Source: a virus (taxonomy: Duplodnaviria; Caudoviricetes). From it: a DNA stretch of 64,000 nucleotides. Where the stretch lies: IMG/VR virus record IMGVR_UViG_2654588115_000001, positions 1 to 64,000 of that record. One strand, given 5' to 3'. Below are positions 1-10,259 of this stretch, piece by piece. The number at the start of each line of letters is the position of its first letter. The first letter of the stretch is position 1. Below the pieces are notes generated by a model, which worked only from the letters and a program-made list of their open reading frames with translations, was not told where the DNA came from and did no database searches. The translations under genes and the position numbers were made by a program.

Positions 1-3000
1 CCCCCCCAGAGCCGCCAGGCCAACCTGCAATCCTCTCATGGCAATACCTGCCGTTGCACTGGCCGATGCCAACACACGCATAGCAACCGATTGCCGTCCG
101 GCCGCACTTGCTGCCGCATTACTTCCTGCCGCCTCTTGCAGAGAAGCCCCTGCATTTGCTCTTTTGGCAACGGAGTTTACATCGGTGGCTCCAGTGTTTG
201 CCATTTCCGCAGCGGTTTCCCTTGCCTTGGCTCCTGTTTCTGCCGTGGTGCTTACCGTGTTACCAGCGGTAGCCGTGGTATTTCCCGTCCTAGCCCCTGT
301 ATTTGCCGTTTCTGCACTCGTGTTTCCTGCCGTTGCCACGGTATTTGCCGACACAACCGTAGTCTGCTCCTGCAATGCTCTGGTTTCAGCCTTGACCGCC
401 TCTGCATGGCGCAATCTATCCGCAGAATTTACCTTTGTGCCATCATCGTTTTTACTGCCGAGAACATCATGCCCCGTCCCCAGAACCGCCGCACGCTCCA
501 TGCCCTTTGCCTTGGCCTGTTCCGTGGTGTCCGCAAAGAGGGTAAAACTGCCCCCGGTGCCGTTTCTAAGGTAATCCCCGGAGTTTCTAACCGTTTCATA
601 AGCCGTTCTGCCATAGCTGTAGACCTTCTGCGCCGCTTTGAGAGCCGCAAGGCCGCCTAAGACTGTGGGCAGGTATTTTGCCAGGGTTATCAAGGAGGAA
701 TTGCCATTCTTAATATCCTCGGTCATTTTACGAAATCCGGTGGTAACATCACGGAGAACCGTGACAATCTGTTTCAGACCATCGAATCCCCCGGCCTGCC
801 CCATGTCAGCAATCAGATTCATATACTCGGCCTGTGCCTGTTGAATCTTGCGCTTGATGGTATCTAACTGTACCTGCACCTGTTCATCGGCAAAGCCCTT
901 GGTGTGGCCATCGTTAAGGACACCCTGCATACGCAGGATTTCCTTGTAGTTTTTGAGGATTGCCGAGATTTTGGAATACTGATATTTACCGCCAGCAAGG
1001 GTACTGAGGAATTTCGTGGTATCTTTTTCCGTAGAACTTACGGCGAGTGAAACATCGAGAATCTGCTTCTCCAGACTGCGTACATGCTCTTTGCCGTCCG
1101 TTCCCAGTTCCCTCGTTTTAATCCCCCATGCAGCCAATGCCTTGTCAGCCTTGCCGGAGCCCATGGTCACGAATAGGGATTTCAGAGCCTGGCCAATCTC
1201 ATTACCGGAACGTGCCGTGGTACGGACACCAGTCTCCACAAGGGATGTAAAGAAGGAGAAACTTACCCCTGCCTGTGCCGCCGAAGCACCAGCCACCTGT
1301 ATAGCCTGGGAAATATCCTGCCCAGATGCAGCCCCACTATGTGCGGCTCTCGTCCAAATATCAATGATTTCCGAGGAACGGGTCAGCAGGTCATTGGTGT
1401 TCTCCGTCTGCAAGTTCCACTGGCTCATAGCGGCTTCGAGGCCCTTCGTTGCCTCTTCCATCGAGAAAGCATCCGCAACCGCCATTTTCGCCGCCTGGTC
1501 CGTGAACAGTTTCGTGTTGATTACACCGTTTTCCCCCTGCCCATACATGCGCCCGATACTACGCGCAGACTCCAAGACCTCGCTTGTGCTTTGCCCATAC
1601 TTAGCCGCAATGTCAATAAAATCGGTCATAGCCGTATTCATCTTCTGCGTTTCCAAGGCGTACTCCGCAGGATTGGAGTTTTTCAGATTCGGATTGGCTT
1701 CGATGGAGGGGATAACCTGCCGTATACCTGCCATCTGATAGTCAATATCCTTCATGGAGCCAATCGAACCCATTACCGTACCACCTGCCAGTGACATAGC
1801 AAGTCCTGTGGAAATCCATTGGAAATGACTCATGGCCTTGCGCATAAACTCGGACTCGGTCCGGCTTGCCCCTTCTACCCTGCGCTGATACCGTTCATAC
1901 TCCTTACTGGTAGCCTGCAACGCCGCACGGGTTTTCGCAAATGCTTGCAGATTTTCCTGCGTAGGAGCCTTGCGGTAGGTAGCATAGAGAGCTTCGCATC
2001 GGGATTGCAGCCGTCGAATCTCCTGCTCATAGGAACGAACTTCTGCGGTCTGATTGCCCATATTCCGTGCAATAGCCGAAGCATCCCGTGCGGCCGTAGA
2101 TGCCGCATTGAAATCCTTAGCATTGGTATAGTCCAGAACTGGGCTTTTCGGCATATTAGCCATAACATGCCTGTCACCACCGGCCAACACTTCTACCTGC
2201 TTGCGATATTCAGCCGTTACACGCTGGGCCGCACGGAGTTCTTCATCCGTGAGCTGTTTGCCACGGGAAATAGCCACCGTCCATTTCTCCGCATCATCCC
2301 GTACCTTATTCCACGCACGGGAAAACTCATTATTGCCGTTGTAATTCCCGTTTTGGGCATTGTGTCGTGCCTCTATGGCAGCACGGTTTTCTTCGATATG
2401 CTTATAGAACTGCGAAACCTGCGCCTTTGCCGCCGCAATCCCCTGTACATACTGCGACCAATCGCCAAAGGGATTTTCCTGCGTATTGAAGCCCAGCTTT
2501 GCCAAAGTTTTGTTGGCTCCGTTGAACTCCACGCTGTACTTCTGATAGGTACTCTGCGCCAGTGCCTTATGACGAACCATCGACCGGTCAAGGGATTCCA
2601 GTGCCTTACGCTGGGTATCAATGGCAGCAGTGTACTCCTTGAACTGCGCCACCTGCTTATTGTCGATAATCTTATTGAGGTCGAGCGCCTTAATGCGCTT
2701 TAATTCGTCCTCTACAGCCTTAATCTGGGCCAGTACGGTGGACAGCGTTTTCTCCCCACCAATTTCCTCGCCAACCAGACCACCACGCATAAGCTGTTCT
2801 TTTTCCCTTTTCAGTTCCCGAAGCAGCTTGGATAGCTCGGTGGCCCCCTTATTGAGCTGGGCAAAATCATCGTTGACCTGTGTTCCCACAACGCCATTGT
2901 TGAGTTTTTCAGCCTCTTTCGTGATTTTTTCCAGGATATTGCCGGTTTCCTTGGCCGCAGAATTAAGCGCCCCGAATCCATTGCGCCGTCCGATTTCACT

Positions 3001-3129
3001 CGCAGCCTCCGAGGCTCGCTTGATTTTATCTTCCAGCCCAGAGGTCAGCGAACCAATCTCGCTCATTCGCTCCTTGAACTCATTGACCGTAAGTTTTACA
3101 TCATACCGTAATTCCCGTACATCTGACAC
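1..3129 (-). CDS. tail tape measure protein (5' part; continues beyond window start)
   Basis: Not in ORF track (no stop in window). GTG at 3129 after GGAG; translates VSDVRELRYDVKLTVNEFKERM..., later ...ETGVRTTARSGNEIGQALKSLF...TLAGGKYQYSKI..., typical of TP901/SPbeta-type TMP core; follows tail chaperone. Confidence 0.9.
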   Translation of the reverse strand, partial: MSDVRELRYDVKLTVNEFKERMSEIGSLTSGLEDKIKRASEAASEIGRRNGFGALNSAAKETGNILEKITKEAEKLNNGVVGTQVNDDFAQLNKGATELSKLLRELKREKEQLMRGGLVGEEIGGEKTLSTVLAQIKAVEDELKRIKALDLNKIIDNKQVAQFKEYTAAIDTQRKALESLDRSMVRHKALAQSTYQKYSVEFNGANKTLAKLGFNTQENPFGDWSQYVQGIAAAKAQVSQFYKHIEENRAAIEARHNAQNGNYNGNNEFSRAWNKVRDDAEKWTVAISRGKQLTDEELRAAQRVTAEYRKQVEVLAGGDRHVMANMPKSPVLDYTNAKDFNAASTAARDASAIARNMGNQTAEVRSYEQEIRRLQSRCEALYATYRKAPTQENLQAFAKTRAALQATSKEYERYQRRVEGASRTESEFMRKAMSHFQWISTGLAMSLAGGTVMGSIGSMKDIDYQMAGIRQVIPSIEANPNLKNSNPAEYALETQKMNTAMTDFIDIAAKYGQSTSEVLESARSIGRMYGQGENGVINTKLFTDQAAKMAVADAFSMEEATKGLEAAMSQWNLQTENTNDLLTRSSEIIDIWTRAAHSGAASGQDISQAIQVAGASAAQAGVSFSFFTSLVETGVRTTARSGNEIGQALKSLFVTMGSGKADKALAAWGIKTRELGTDGKEHVRSLEKQILDVSLAVSSTEKDTTKFLSTLAGGKYQYSKISAILKNYKEILRMQGVLNDGHTKGFADEQVQVQLDTIKRKIQQAQAEYMNLIADMGQAGGFDGLKQIVTVLRDVTTGFRKMTEDIKNGNSSLITLAKYLPTVLGGLAALKAAQKVYSYGRTAYETVRNSGDYLRNGTGGSFTLFADTTEQAKAKGMERAAVLGTGHDVLGSKNDDGTKVNSADRLRHAEAVKAETRALQEQTTVVSANTVATAGNTSAETANTGARTGNTTATAGNTVSTTAETGAKARETAAEMANTGATDVNSVAKRANAGASLQEAAGSNAAASAAGRQSVAMRVLASASATAGIAMRGLQVGLAALGG

Positions 3130-3402
3130 TGACTACCACGCTCCTATCCCAGCATAAAATTTATAAAAATTAATTTTTGGGGTTCTTTTTCCACATAAAT
3201 TTTTATTTTGTGGTATAATTACCGCCTTGTTTTTATGAAATAAGGCGAAACAATAGGTTTTCTTTGTTTATTTTGGTATTATTTGGCTTTATTGTTATTG
3301 ATTCAAAAAACGGCATGTTTTTCCAAAAAAATTTTTAACTTGTGCTACCATGAAATCATAGCAAGGCCGGCTTGCAGAAATAATTCATTGGAGGTCATAC
3401 CT

Positions 3403-3717
3403 ATGACAAACTTAAATTTACTCGACGAAATTATTAAAGACCTGGAATCCTGCAAGGATATGTTATCCAGATTGGGAGAATACAACGATTACATAACCGA
3501 TGCTACTCCATTCCTTATGTCCGAACCCTTGATGTATATAGCTGATGAATTGGACGAGGCCAATAATACCGAAACCGCTGCCTACACCATCAGAGGCGTT
3601 GCCGAGCATTTATCCCTTTATACCATTCCCAACTGTGACCGACTTCCCAAATCTGTTGCCAGATTCCTTTCCAAACGGCTCGAATCTGCCAGAAATGAAC
3701 TTATGAACGCCGCATAA
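3403..3717 (+). CDS. hypothetical moron protein, copy 1 (paralog of 4102..4413)
   Basis: GGAGG RBS before ATG 3403; own extended -10 (TGcTACCAT) and terminator hairpin; highly similar to copy 2. Confidence 0.8.
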   Translation: MTNLNLLDEIIKDLESCKDMLSRLGEYNDYITDATPFLMSEPLMYIADELDEANNTETAAYTIRGVAEHLSLYTIPNCDRLPKSVARFLSKRLESARNELMNAA

Positions 3718-4101
3718 CCCGAGAGCATGGTCTTAACTGGCCATGCTTTTATATTGCCATCTTTTCGTATACTTGGTATAATAACAAAGTCGTGAAATAG
3801 GGCGATTTCCCTAAACGGAAGCGACCTTATCCCCATGGCAAGCGTACTGTTTTTAGCTATCAACCCTTGACTGGTTGAAGCTTCCCCAATCTCCAAATCC
3901 TGCTATCCCCATGTAGCAGGATTTTTTTATGCACGACACTGGAATCAATATCATTTAATAACTCATTTTCTCTAAGTAATAATTTTTTCATATCGTTCCC
4001 CCGTTTTGGTGCAGGATTTCGGAAAAAAATTTTGTCATATGCTACCATGAAAACCATGGCAAGACCAACTTGCTAGAAAATTTTTTTAGGAGGTCATTTC
4101 A

Positions 4102-4413
4102 ATGACAAACTATGATTTACAAATTGACCCCATCAAGGACCTGGAATCCTGCAAGGATATGCTATCCAGATTAAGCGAGTACAACGATTACATCACCAAT
4201 GCTACTCCGTTCCTCATGTCCGAACCCTTGATGAGTATAGCTGATGAACTTGACGAGGCGGATAACACCGAATACGCCGCCTTCACCATCAGAGGGGTTG
4301 CCGAACATCTGGCTCTATACACCTCTCCCAAAAGTGGCCGACTACCAAAATCCGTTGCCAGATTCCTTGCCAAGCGATTGGAATCCGCATTGGATGAACT
4401 TAACGCTGCCTAA
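4102..4413 (+). CDS. hypothetical moron protein, copy 2
   Basis: AGGAGG RBS; IKDLESCKDMLSRL.EYNDYIT.ATPFLMSEPLM shared with copy 1; terminator hairpin GCATGG...CCATGC-TTTTT. Confidence 0.8.
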   Translation: MTNYDLQIDPIKDLESCKDMLSRLSEYNDYITNATPFLMSEPLMSIADELDEADNTEYAAFTIRGVAEHLALYTSPKSGRLPKSVARFLAKRLESALDELNAA

Positions 4414-4446
4414 CCCAAAAGCATGGCCTTGACCAGCCATGCTTTT

Positions 4447-5045
4447 TCATTTGCCCCCAAGCAGTGCCCGGATAGCATCGTCACCTTCAAGGAGTTCTGC
4501 CGTGCTCTCTCCATTAATCTCCGCCTGTTCTCGTTCCGCATTCTCACTAAGCCCCAACAACAAATCCTCCAGCTGATTTATCCGCAGTTCCTCAATGTCA
4601 CGCATCGTCAGACTCGTGTTCTTGACAATGGAGGCAAATAGGTTCCGCCAATGGGTTTCCTCGCCGTCCTTTATTTCCGTTTTTTTTTGAAGGTGGACAT
4701 ACCGAGCAGCAACTGCACAATCTCCTGCGCAATCTCAATATCCAGCCACTCGTTAATCTGCTCCTTCGTTTCCCGGTAATCCAAGGCCAGCTCCACAATT
4801 TCCAGCACATCATCAGCAAAGCCATTGTTGAAATTCACCCGGCCATCCGGCAGCATATCCACTTCCCCATCCTCGTCAATCACCGGAGCCATCGCATACA
4901 GGGCAAAACTTTCCGGGTCATACTTCGTGGTAAAATCCGTCACCGTCTGAATATCCTTGAACCGCGCCGAATAAACCTTATGCTTCTTACCGTAGCGGTC
5001 ACGGACAGTACGGTATACGGACAAAGTATTTTCTTCATTTTCCAT
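4447..5045 (-). CDS. tail assembly chaperone gpG (4671..5045) with -1 frameshift extension gpGT (to 4447)
   Basis: Lies between tail tube and TMP; ends TTC AAA AAA AAA CGG AAA TAA (A9 slippery run 4680-4688); -1 frame stays open 77 aa (TEIKDGEETHWRNLFASIVKNTSLTMRDIEELRINQL...). Confidence 0.85.
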
Positions 5046-5085
5046 AAAAATCACTCCATTTTTCAATTACCGTGGTATAATATAA

Positions 5086-5150
5086 AAAAGCAAGCGATTA
5101 GCCCCCTGCCCCTTATTGGCGGGGGATTGTTAGTCGCTTGCTTTTCTTTT
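5086..5150 (+). ncRNA. short hairpin transcript / bidirectional terminator
   Basis: TGgTATAAT at 5073-5081 followed by AAAGCAAGCGATTAG...TTAGTCGCTTGCTTTT long hairpin. Confidence 0.4.
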
Positions 5151-5152
5151 GC

Positions 5153-5200
5153 GCCATTATACCTGTATGCCATTATACCATTATAATGGCATATCATTAT
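5153..5200. repeat. octamer array 1 (RCCATTAY-type, 6 units)
   Basis: gccattat acctgtat gccattat accattat aatggcat atcattat in exact 8-bp register. Confidence 0.85.
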
Positions 5201-5321
5201 GAATCCAATTACAGTTTATCTCGGATGCTCTGTATTTTAATAATGTCATTATACAAATTTAATATGAATCTAAAATAATTATGCTATCATAATTTGGATG
5301 ACAAGTAAGGAGGTATAGCCT

Positions 5322-5594
5322 ATGCAAATTGGTGAAATGTGTTTTGAAAATAATTGGGCCGCACAACGCGATGGCGAGATACGCCGTGACTGGTCTAAGG
5401 CGCTGAGTTCTACAAGCGTTGAAGATTTGGCATCAGATATTGGCTGGGGCTTCACCGATGAGGATATCAAGGAACTTGCCTGGCTTCACAAAAATCTTAT
5501 GCACAGAAAGAAAATCGAACAACTGCTTATCGAGTGCAACTTCATTTCAATAGCCTTCGACCTTAGAGAAGGACGTTACATAGAATACTTCTAA
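5322..5594 (+). CDS. hypothetical moron protein
   Basis: AAGGAGG RBS, AT-rich upstream promoter region, terminator hairpin downstream. Confidence 0.75.
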   Translation: MQIGEMCFENNWAAQRDGEIRRDWSKALSSTSVEDLASDIGWGFTDEDIKELAWLHKNLMHRKKIEQLLIECNFISIAFDLREGRYIEYF

Positions 5595-5605
5595 AATTGC
5601 ATATC

Positions 5606-5824
5606 AAAAAGGACTATTCCCTTCTATCTGAGGCTGACGGAAAATCCGCGAGGCCCTCAGAGGAATAGTCCTTTTGTTTTCCCACCCTGCTACCACAGCA
5701 CGAGCGGCAAAGCCGACTGCTGTTACGGAGCGAGAGTGGGAAAGTTTTTGGCCGTGGAGATAACATCAGATTCCGAACGGCTGCGGGCCAGCAGGTTCCA
5801 GACGGAGGTCCTTTATCTCCTATT
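5606..5824 (-). ncRNA. ~220-nt three-hairpin non-coding RNA candidate
   Basis: TTGACA-17-TATACT promoter (5859-5831); stems GGAGATAA/TTATCTCC, TTTCCCAC/GTGGGAAA, AAAAGGACTATTCC/GGAATAGTCCTTTT plus U-tail; no RBS-led ORF. Confidence 0.6.
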
Positions 5825-5903
5825 AAATTCAGTATAAGAGCTCCCCTATATACTGTCAATGGTTTCTTCGCCTGCCCATTTTTTCCTTACCAGTAAATAG
5901 TAT

Positions 5904-5967
5904 AACTGTATAGCTGTGTACCATTACGCCATTACACAGTTATACAATTACACCATTGTAATGGTGT
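5904..5967. repeat. octamer array 2 (8 units)
   Basis: aactgtat agctgtgt accattac gccattac acagttat acaattac accattgt aatggtgt. Confidence 0.85.
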
Positions 5968-6012
5968 AATAATAGAATAATGGGCCTTGACTGTTAAGCC
6001 AAAGCCCCTCCC

Positions 6013-6768
6013 TTACTCCTTCACCTTGGAAATGGTGATAACCGCGAAATCGTCCTTGCCATCACCCGGGTCAAGAATATTGACCGTGAGGTTCGGCGTA
6101 GATGCCTTATCACGGGCCGTTTCGATGTCGAACTTACCATCGCAGCGAGTACGGCGAGCGTACAGGTCAATCTGGTACTTGTTGCCATCGGAATCCTCCG
6201 TGCGGAACATCCAGTTAAAGGTGGCCACCTCCGGCATAGCATTTTTCAGCATAGAAGCCTTGACCGCCGTATCATCGTCAGCCTTGTACCACACGGCATA
6301 CTCACCGTCTGCTGCATCCGCAGCAAAGGTTACTGCCCCTGCAGCCGTCACCGTAACCGCATCGGTCTTCTGGCCATCCGGGCCAACGACAGCAATCACC
6401 GCCACACCAGAGAGCTTGCCCCCCGGCACCAGCTCCGTGTCATTCTTACGCAGCAGCACACGACCGGTACGCTTATTGCCAGATGCCGTCACATCAACGC
6501 CCTGGGCAATAGCCAGCTGGGACAGCTTGAACTCTGCATTGGTCAGCTCCACCTTACCTTCTTTCTTGGAAATAAAGGTATACAGGGGGAACAGGGAGTC
6601 ACCACCGAACTGGTCCTCAGTCGTGGCATCAATGCTCATTTTCATGGTCTGCGCCGTGGTGATTTCCAGCAGCTTGCCAGACACCGTTTCCAAAAGGCCA
6701 CTGCCAATGCCATGCAGGAGCAGGCCCTTATTCAGAATGTTATTGATTCCAGCCATTATTCGCATCAT
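6013..6768 (-). CDS. major tail (tube) protein
   Basis: Synteny after tail terminator and before chaperone; beta-rich 251 aa with GGDSLFPLYTF and tube-like C-terminus. Confidence 0.8.
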   Translation of the reverse strand: MMRIMAGINNILNKGLLLHGIGSGLLETVSGKLLEITTAQTMKMSIDATTEDQFGGDSLFPLYTFISKKEGKVELTNAEFKLSQLAIAQGVDVTASGNKRTGRVLLRKNDTELVPGGKLSGVAVIAVVGPDGQKTDAVTVTAAGAVTFAADAADGEYAVWYKADDDTAVKASMLKNAMPEVATFNWMFRTEDSDGNKYQIDLYARRTRCDGKFDIETARDKASTPNLTVNILDPGDGKDDFAVITISKVKE

Positions 6769-6774
6769 CCTTTC

Positions 6775-7179
6775 CTAGTTGAATATCAGCGGCATAAATT
6801 CCAGCCGATACTTGTATATGTCCTTAATCCCCGAACTTCGTTGCCCTTCCGCACATACTCGCTCGTCAAAATGCTCGTGCATCAGGTGGACAATCCTCTC
6901 CCGAATCTTCCCCGTCTCACTACGGGTCTTCGTATATATTTCAATTCTTAGGATTCCCCTGTTCATATAAGCATTTTGCGTAACCGTGGCATCCACGAAA
7001 TAAAAGGCAATGAAGTTAAGGTCTTTAGGCTCAAATTCATCTACCTCTTGGTCGCGGCGGCGAAACTTCGATGCAAACTCACGCATATTTTTCGGCTTAC
7101 CGGCTTTAAGTAATTTCCGCAGGATTTCATCCTCGGTAAAAATTTTCGCTATTTCTTCCGTATACCTAAATGAGTCCAT
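6775..7179 (-). CDS. tail terminator / tail completion protein
   Basis: Synteny and size (134 aa); LRIEIYTK motif. Confidence 0.6.
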   Translation of the reverse strand: MDSFRYTEEIAKIFTEDEILRKLLKAGKPKNMREFASKFRRRDQEVDEFEPKDLNFIAFYFVDATVTQNAYMNRGILRIEIYTKTRSETGKIRERIVHLMHEHFDERVCAEGQRSSGIKDIYKYRLEFMPLIFN

Positions 7180-7757
7180 CAGTGGCCACCTCGCTTTACT
7201 TCTTTATCTATCATTTTGCCCAATGCAAAAAATATTTCATCTTCCATCGCTTTCATCCGCGCCGAAGTTCCCTCCTTGGGAGCCACATTGTCACGGACTA
7301 CATGATGCCCCTTCCTTGGCGTAACCTTGCCCCACGTCTTACCCTTCCCTGCGGTTTCCCACTCCAGGTTCAAGCCATGGGGCATGGCCATCGAAGAACC
7401 TGCATGGTAGTTACCGTCAAGGTCATAATAGGGACCACGGCTGCGGATTTCGTTACCGCTGGGGTCGTTGCCAGGTGGTTTGCCTCGTTCTGGGTTCCAT
7501 AGTCCACTCCGTTTATAATCCGAAAGCCCCGGATTTTCTGTTTCATCATCCATTTTTGAACCAGACCCATGTTCGACAATCCACATTTTCTGCCCCTTCG
7601 CCGTATAAGTGCCTATGACCTCATCCGGCTCGTCCTTGGTAATCTCGAAGGAAATCTCCGCATTGCCAGAGTCCATCGTGAACTTGCCCCAATCACTGCG
7701 AACATCCGCCATAACACCACTGGCAGTGCGCTTTAATATCTCGGCAATCTCACTCAC
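7179..7757 (-). CDS. neck / tail completion protein (HK97 gp10-like position)
   Basis: Synteny; IVEHGSG resembles the VEYGTG motif. Confidence 0.55.
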   Translation of the reverse strand: MSEIAEILKRTASGVMADVRSDWGKFTMDSGNAEISFEITKDEPDEVIGTYTAKGQKMWIVEHGSGSKMDDETENPGLSDYKRSGLWNPERGKPPGNDPSGNEIRSRGPYYDLDGNYHAGSSMAMPHGLNLEWETAGKGKTWGKVTPRKGHHVVRDNVAPKEGTSARMKAMEDEIFFALGKMIDKEVKRGGH

Positions 7758-8311
7758 CGATTATCCTCCGCTACCTGCACCTCCAGCAGATTCACATACT
7801 TTGCCGTATCGACATTGACCACCTCATAGTTACGCCCATTGAGGCGAATACGGTACAGAAGGTCAATCTCCACATCCGGCCGCATGATAATCTTCTTGAC
7901 GGTTTTCTGCAAGATACCGGCATCATACTGTTTCATCGAAGCCGATATATCCGAGAAGTTCACAGGCACTGCCTCGGCTACGCTTACCGCTTTCTGCTCA
8001 ATCAGTTCATAGTCCTCATAAACATCTTCAAAGCGGAAAACCTCGACATAGCCATTGATGCGCCGGCCCTGCATCTGCACCACATCCGCAGAACGCTGCC
8101 TAGCAATGATAAGAAATTTTTCTTTGCTCACCTCACGGGTAATCAGCTCCCCATCGGTGATTTCCGTAGACACATCCGCTACGATAACCTTGCCATCTGC
8201 AATGGTTTTCGGAGCCATCGACTTGCCACGCCGCAGAACCAGACATTTTTCTTCCTTATCCCGGAAGGTAATCGGCTCCATGCGGTCCGCGTAAAATTCC
8301 AAAACATTCAC
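7754..8311 (-). CDS. head closure protein
   Basis: Synteny; C-terminal RIRLNGRNYEVVNVD typical of gp16/FII-like proteins. Confidence 0.6.
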   Translation of the reverse strand: MNVLEFYADRMEPITFRDKEEKCLVLRRGKSMAPKTIADGKVIVADVSTEITDGELITREVSKEKFLIIARQRSADVVQMQGRRINGYVEVFRFEDVYEDYELIEQKAVSVAEAVPVNFSDISASMKQYDAGILQKTVKKIIMRPDVEIDLLYRIRLNGRNYEVVNVDTAKYVNLLEVQVAEDNR

Positions 8312-8874
8312 TGCACTCGCACCCCATCGAGAATACCCTTGATTTCCTCCGTCATAACCCCTTCATTGCCGAGAGTAACCTTGATGTCATAATCATCACG
8401 GGATTTCCACCGCAGGACACCGCCCATCTGCTTGATGTTACAGGCGAGAATCCCACAGGCTCTCTTGATTTCTTCGGGAACTTCCGCATAACCACTGGTG
8501 TACTTCACCGTAAGCGCCCTTGGCATTTCACGGAAAAGCGCCCATCTTGGCATGTAGAAGGAGAAATACGGCGATTCCTCGCTGTCAAACTCCAGACAAT
8601 CCGCCTCATAATTCGTAGTATCAACCCCGAAAGGAGTTCTGCTACGAGCCGTAATTTTCTCAATGGCAATCCGTGGGAAATGTTTCAGCCGGCCGCGGGT
8701 TTCCTCCGTGGTCCTGCGATAGGACAGGTCAACCCGTTCCTCATGCTCCGTGGGAGCAAAGGAGCAACCCTTGTAAGCATCAATCAAGGCACTTGCCGCC
8801 TCAATATGCTCCATGGTCACTCCCGTAACCAAACCACAGAACCGGGAGATTTCTTCCTCGGTCAGATAGGTCAT
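8308..8874 (-). CDS. head-tail adaptor (connector)
   Basis: YLTEEE...ASALIDAY...VKYTSGYAEVPEEIKRAC typical of gp6/gp15 adaptors. Confidence 0.75.
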   Translation of the reverse strand: MTYLTEEEISRFCGLVTGVTMEHIEAASALIDAYKGCSFAPTEHEERVDLSYRRTTEETRGRLKHFPRIAIEKITARSRTPFGVDTTNYEADCLEFDSEESPYFSFYMPRWALFREMPRALTVKYTSGYAEVPEEIKRACGILACNIKQMGGVLRWKSRDDYDIKVTLGNEGVMTEEIKGILDGVRVQ

Positions 8875-9047
8875 TTCACATATCCCTCCTCACGCAGGTA
8901 ATCTGCAAACTCCGCAGATACCACAACCTTGCCGTCCTTAATGGGAATTTCCATGTTTTTCGCCAAGAAGGATGCGCAATTTTTATAGCCGTCCGCCACT
9001 TCATATCCAGCAACCTCGACTTCATCCGTTTTCTTCTTTCCTGCCAT
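8871..9047 (-). CDS. small virion-associated hypothetical protein
   Basis: Between capsid and adaptor; GGGGGTGA RBS before MAGKKK. Confidence 0.6.
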   Translation of the reverse strand: MAGKKKTDEVEVAGYEVADGYKNCASFLAKNMEIPIKDGKVVVSAEFADYLREEGYVK

Positions 9048-9145
9048 GCTCTCACCCCCTATGCTCACGACCTAATTAAGCCCTTCAAGGGAAGGAATAT
9101 CAGTGGTCAGGGATTACCCCTGCCCCTTCCCTTGAAAGGCATGGA

Positions 9146-10213
9146 TTAGGCCGTGGGCTTTACGGTCTTGGTGAGGATGAAGTGTGCGCCGGTCTGCGTT
9201 CCGTGAACGATATAGTTCGCAAAATCCAGCACAAACTTATCCGTCAGCAAGCGGTCATTGGCCAGCGGCGTTTCCGGATTGGCAATCTCATACACCTGCG
9301 GACCATCATTGAACAGCCAAATGCGGTCAATCATAGAGGTATTGAGGGCAACAATCTTATGCGTTACGGCACCAGTCTTTTCATCGACTTCCGGCTTGAT
9401 GAACGGAGTCAGCACAATCGGCAGGACACCGGTCGGCGTGAAGAACCCCGTCACCTTCTGGCCCGGAAGAATATCCGTCTGGATTTCACGATGGTAAATC
9501 TGACGAGCCTGTTCCTCCTTGACCAGTACATCGTAGGTGGCCGGATTCATAGCGATTACGTCCGGCATACCCTTGTAATCAAGACGAGCCATCATATTGG
9601 CAATCTTGGTATTGAGGGCATCGGAAATCGTGGTCTTATCCGCAATCGGGGACACATCGGTAATCTGGGACAGAACACCGCAATACTCGAAAGAGTCCGT
9701 TGCATCCAAAGCAGTCTTGCCGTTCCAAAAGTCGTTGCAGGTCTTACGGGTGAAATCTACAAACATATCGTTGTAGTCCTTCGTGGTCAGGTCCTCGAAA
9801 GTACCATAATTCTTCTCCATGTTGCGCGTGAAGAAGTCATAACGAATACCGGTGGCATAGGCACGCGCAAAAGCCTGTTTCCAGTTGTCACGGTTGTAAT
9901 CGTTATTGAGCGTCTTGGGGCGATAGGAGGGGTTCTCCTTCGTACCGAAACCTGCACGGGGGTCAATGGCTACCGTGTTCTCGGGGATAGCCAGCTGTTC
10001 ATTCCATACATGGGGATAGCCTTTGGCGCGAACAGAGTTCACCTTGAAACCGATGGCAAAATCGCGTTTCAGATAATCATGGAGGACAGAATCATAATCC
10101 CCCACAACGAGCATATGGTCTTCGTTGTAGACAGTCACCGGATTTCCGGCAGACTTAATCAGCGTACCATCCATGCCAGTGGCCATAGCGGCAGCAAATT
10201 TTTCTCTAGCCAT
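9146..10213 (-). CDS. major capsid protein
   Basis: 355 aa after protease; FWNG...EYCGVLSQI HK97-fold-like motif; strong codon bias; hairpin downstream. Confidence 0.85.
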   Translation of the reverse strand: MAREKFAAAMATGMDGTLIKSAGNPVTVYNEDHMLVVGDYDSVLHDYLKRDFAIGFKVNSVRAKGYPHVWNEQLAIPENTVAIDPRAGFGTKENPSYRPKTLNNDYNRDNWKQAFARAYATGIRYDFFTRNMEKNYGTFEDLTTKDYNDMFVDFTRKTCNDFWNGKTALDATDSFEYCGVLSQITDVSPIADKTTISDALNTKIANMMARLDYKGMPDVIAMNPATYDVLVKEEQARQIYHREIQTDILPGQKVTGFFTPTGVLPIVLTPFIKPEVDEKTGAVTHKIVALNTSMIDRIWLFNDGPQVYEIANPETPLANDRLLTDKFVLDFANYIVHGTQTGAHFILTKTVKPTA

Positions 10214-10259
10214 GTTTCACATCATCCTTTCCACTAAAAAAGAGCCAATCGCTAAGCGA

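Noticed and set aside
38-3157. Long + strand ORFs (38..574, 1016..1738, 1819..2703, 2621..3157)
   Set aside because: Antisense shadows of the minus-strand tape measure gene; no RBS and no protein-like motifs
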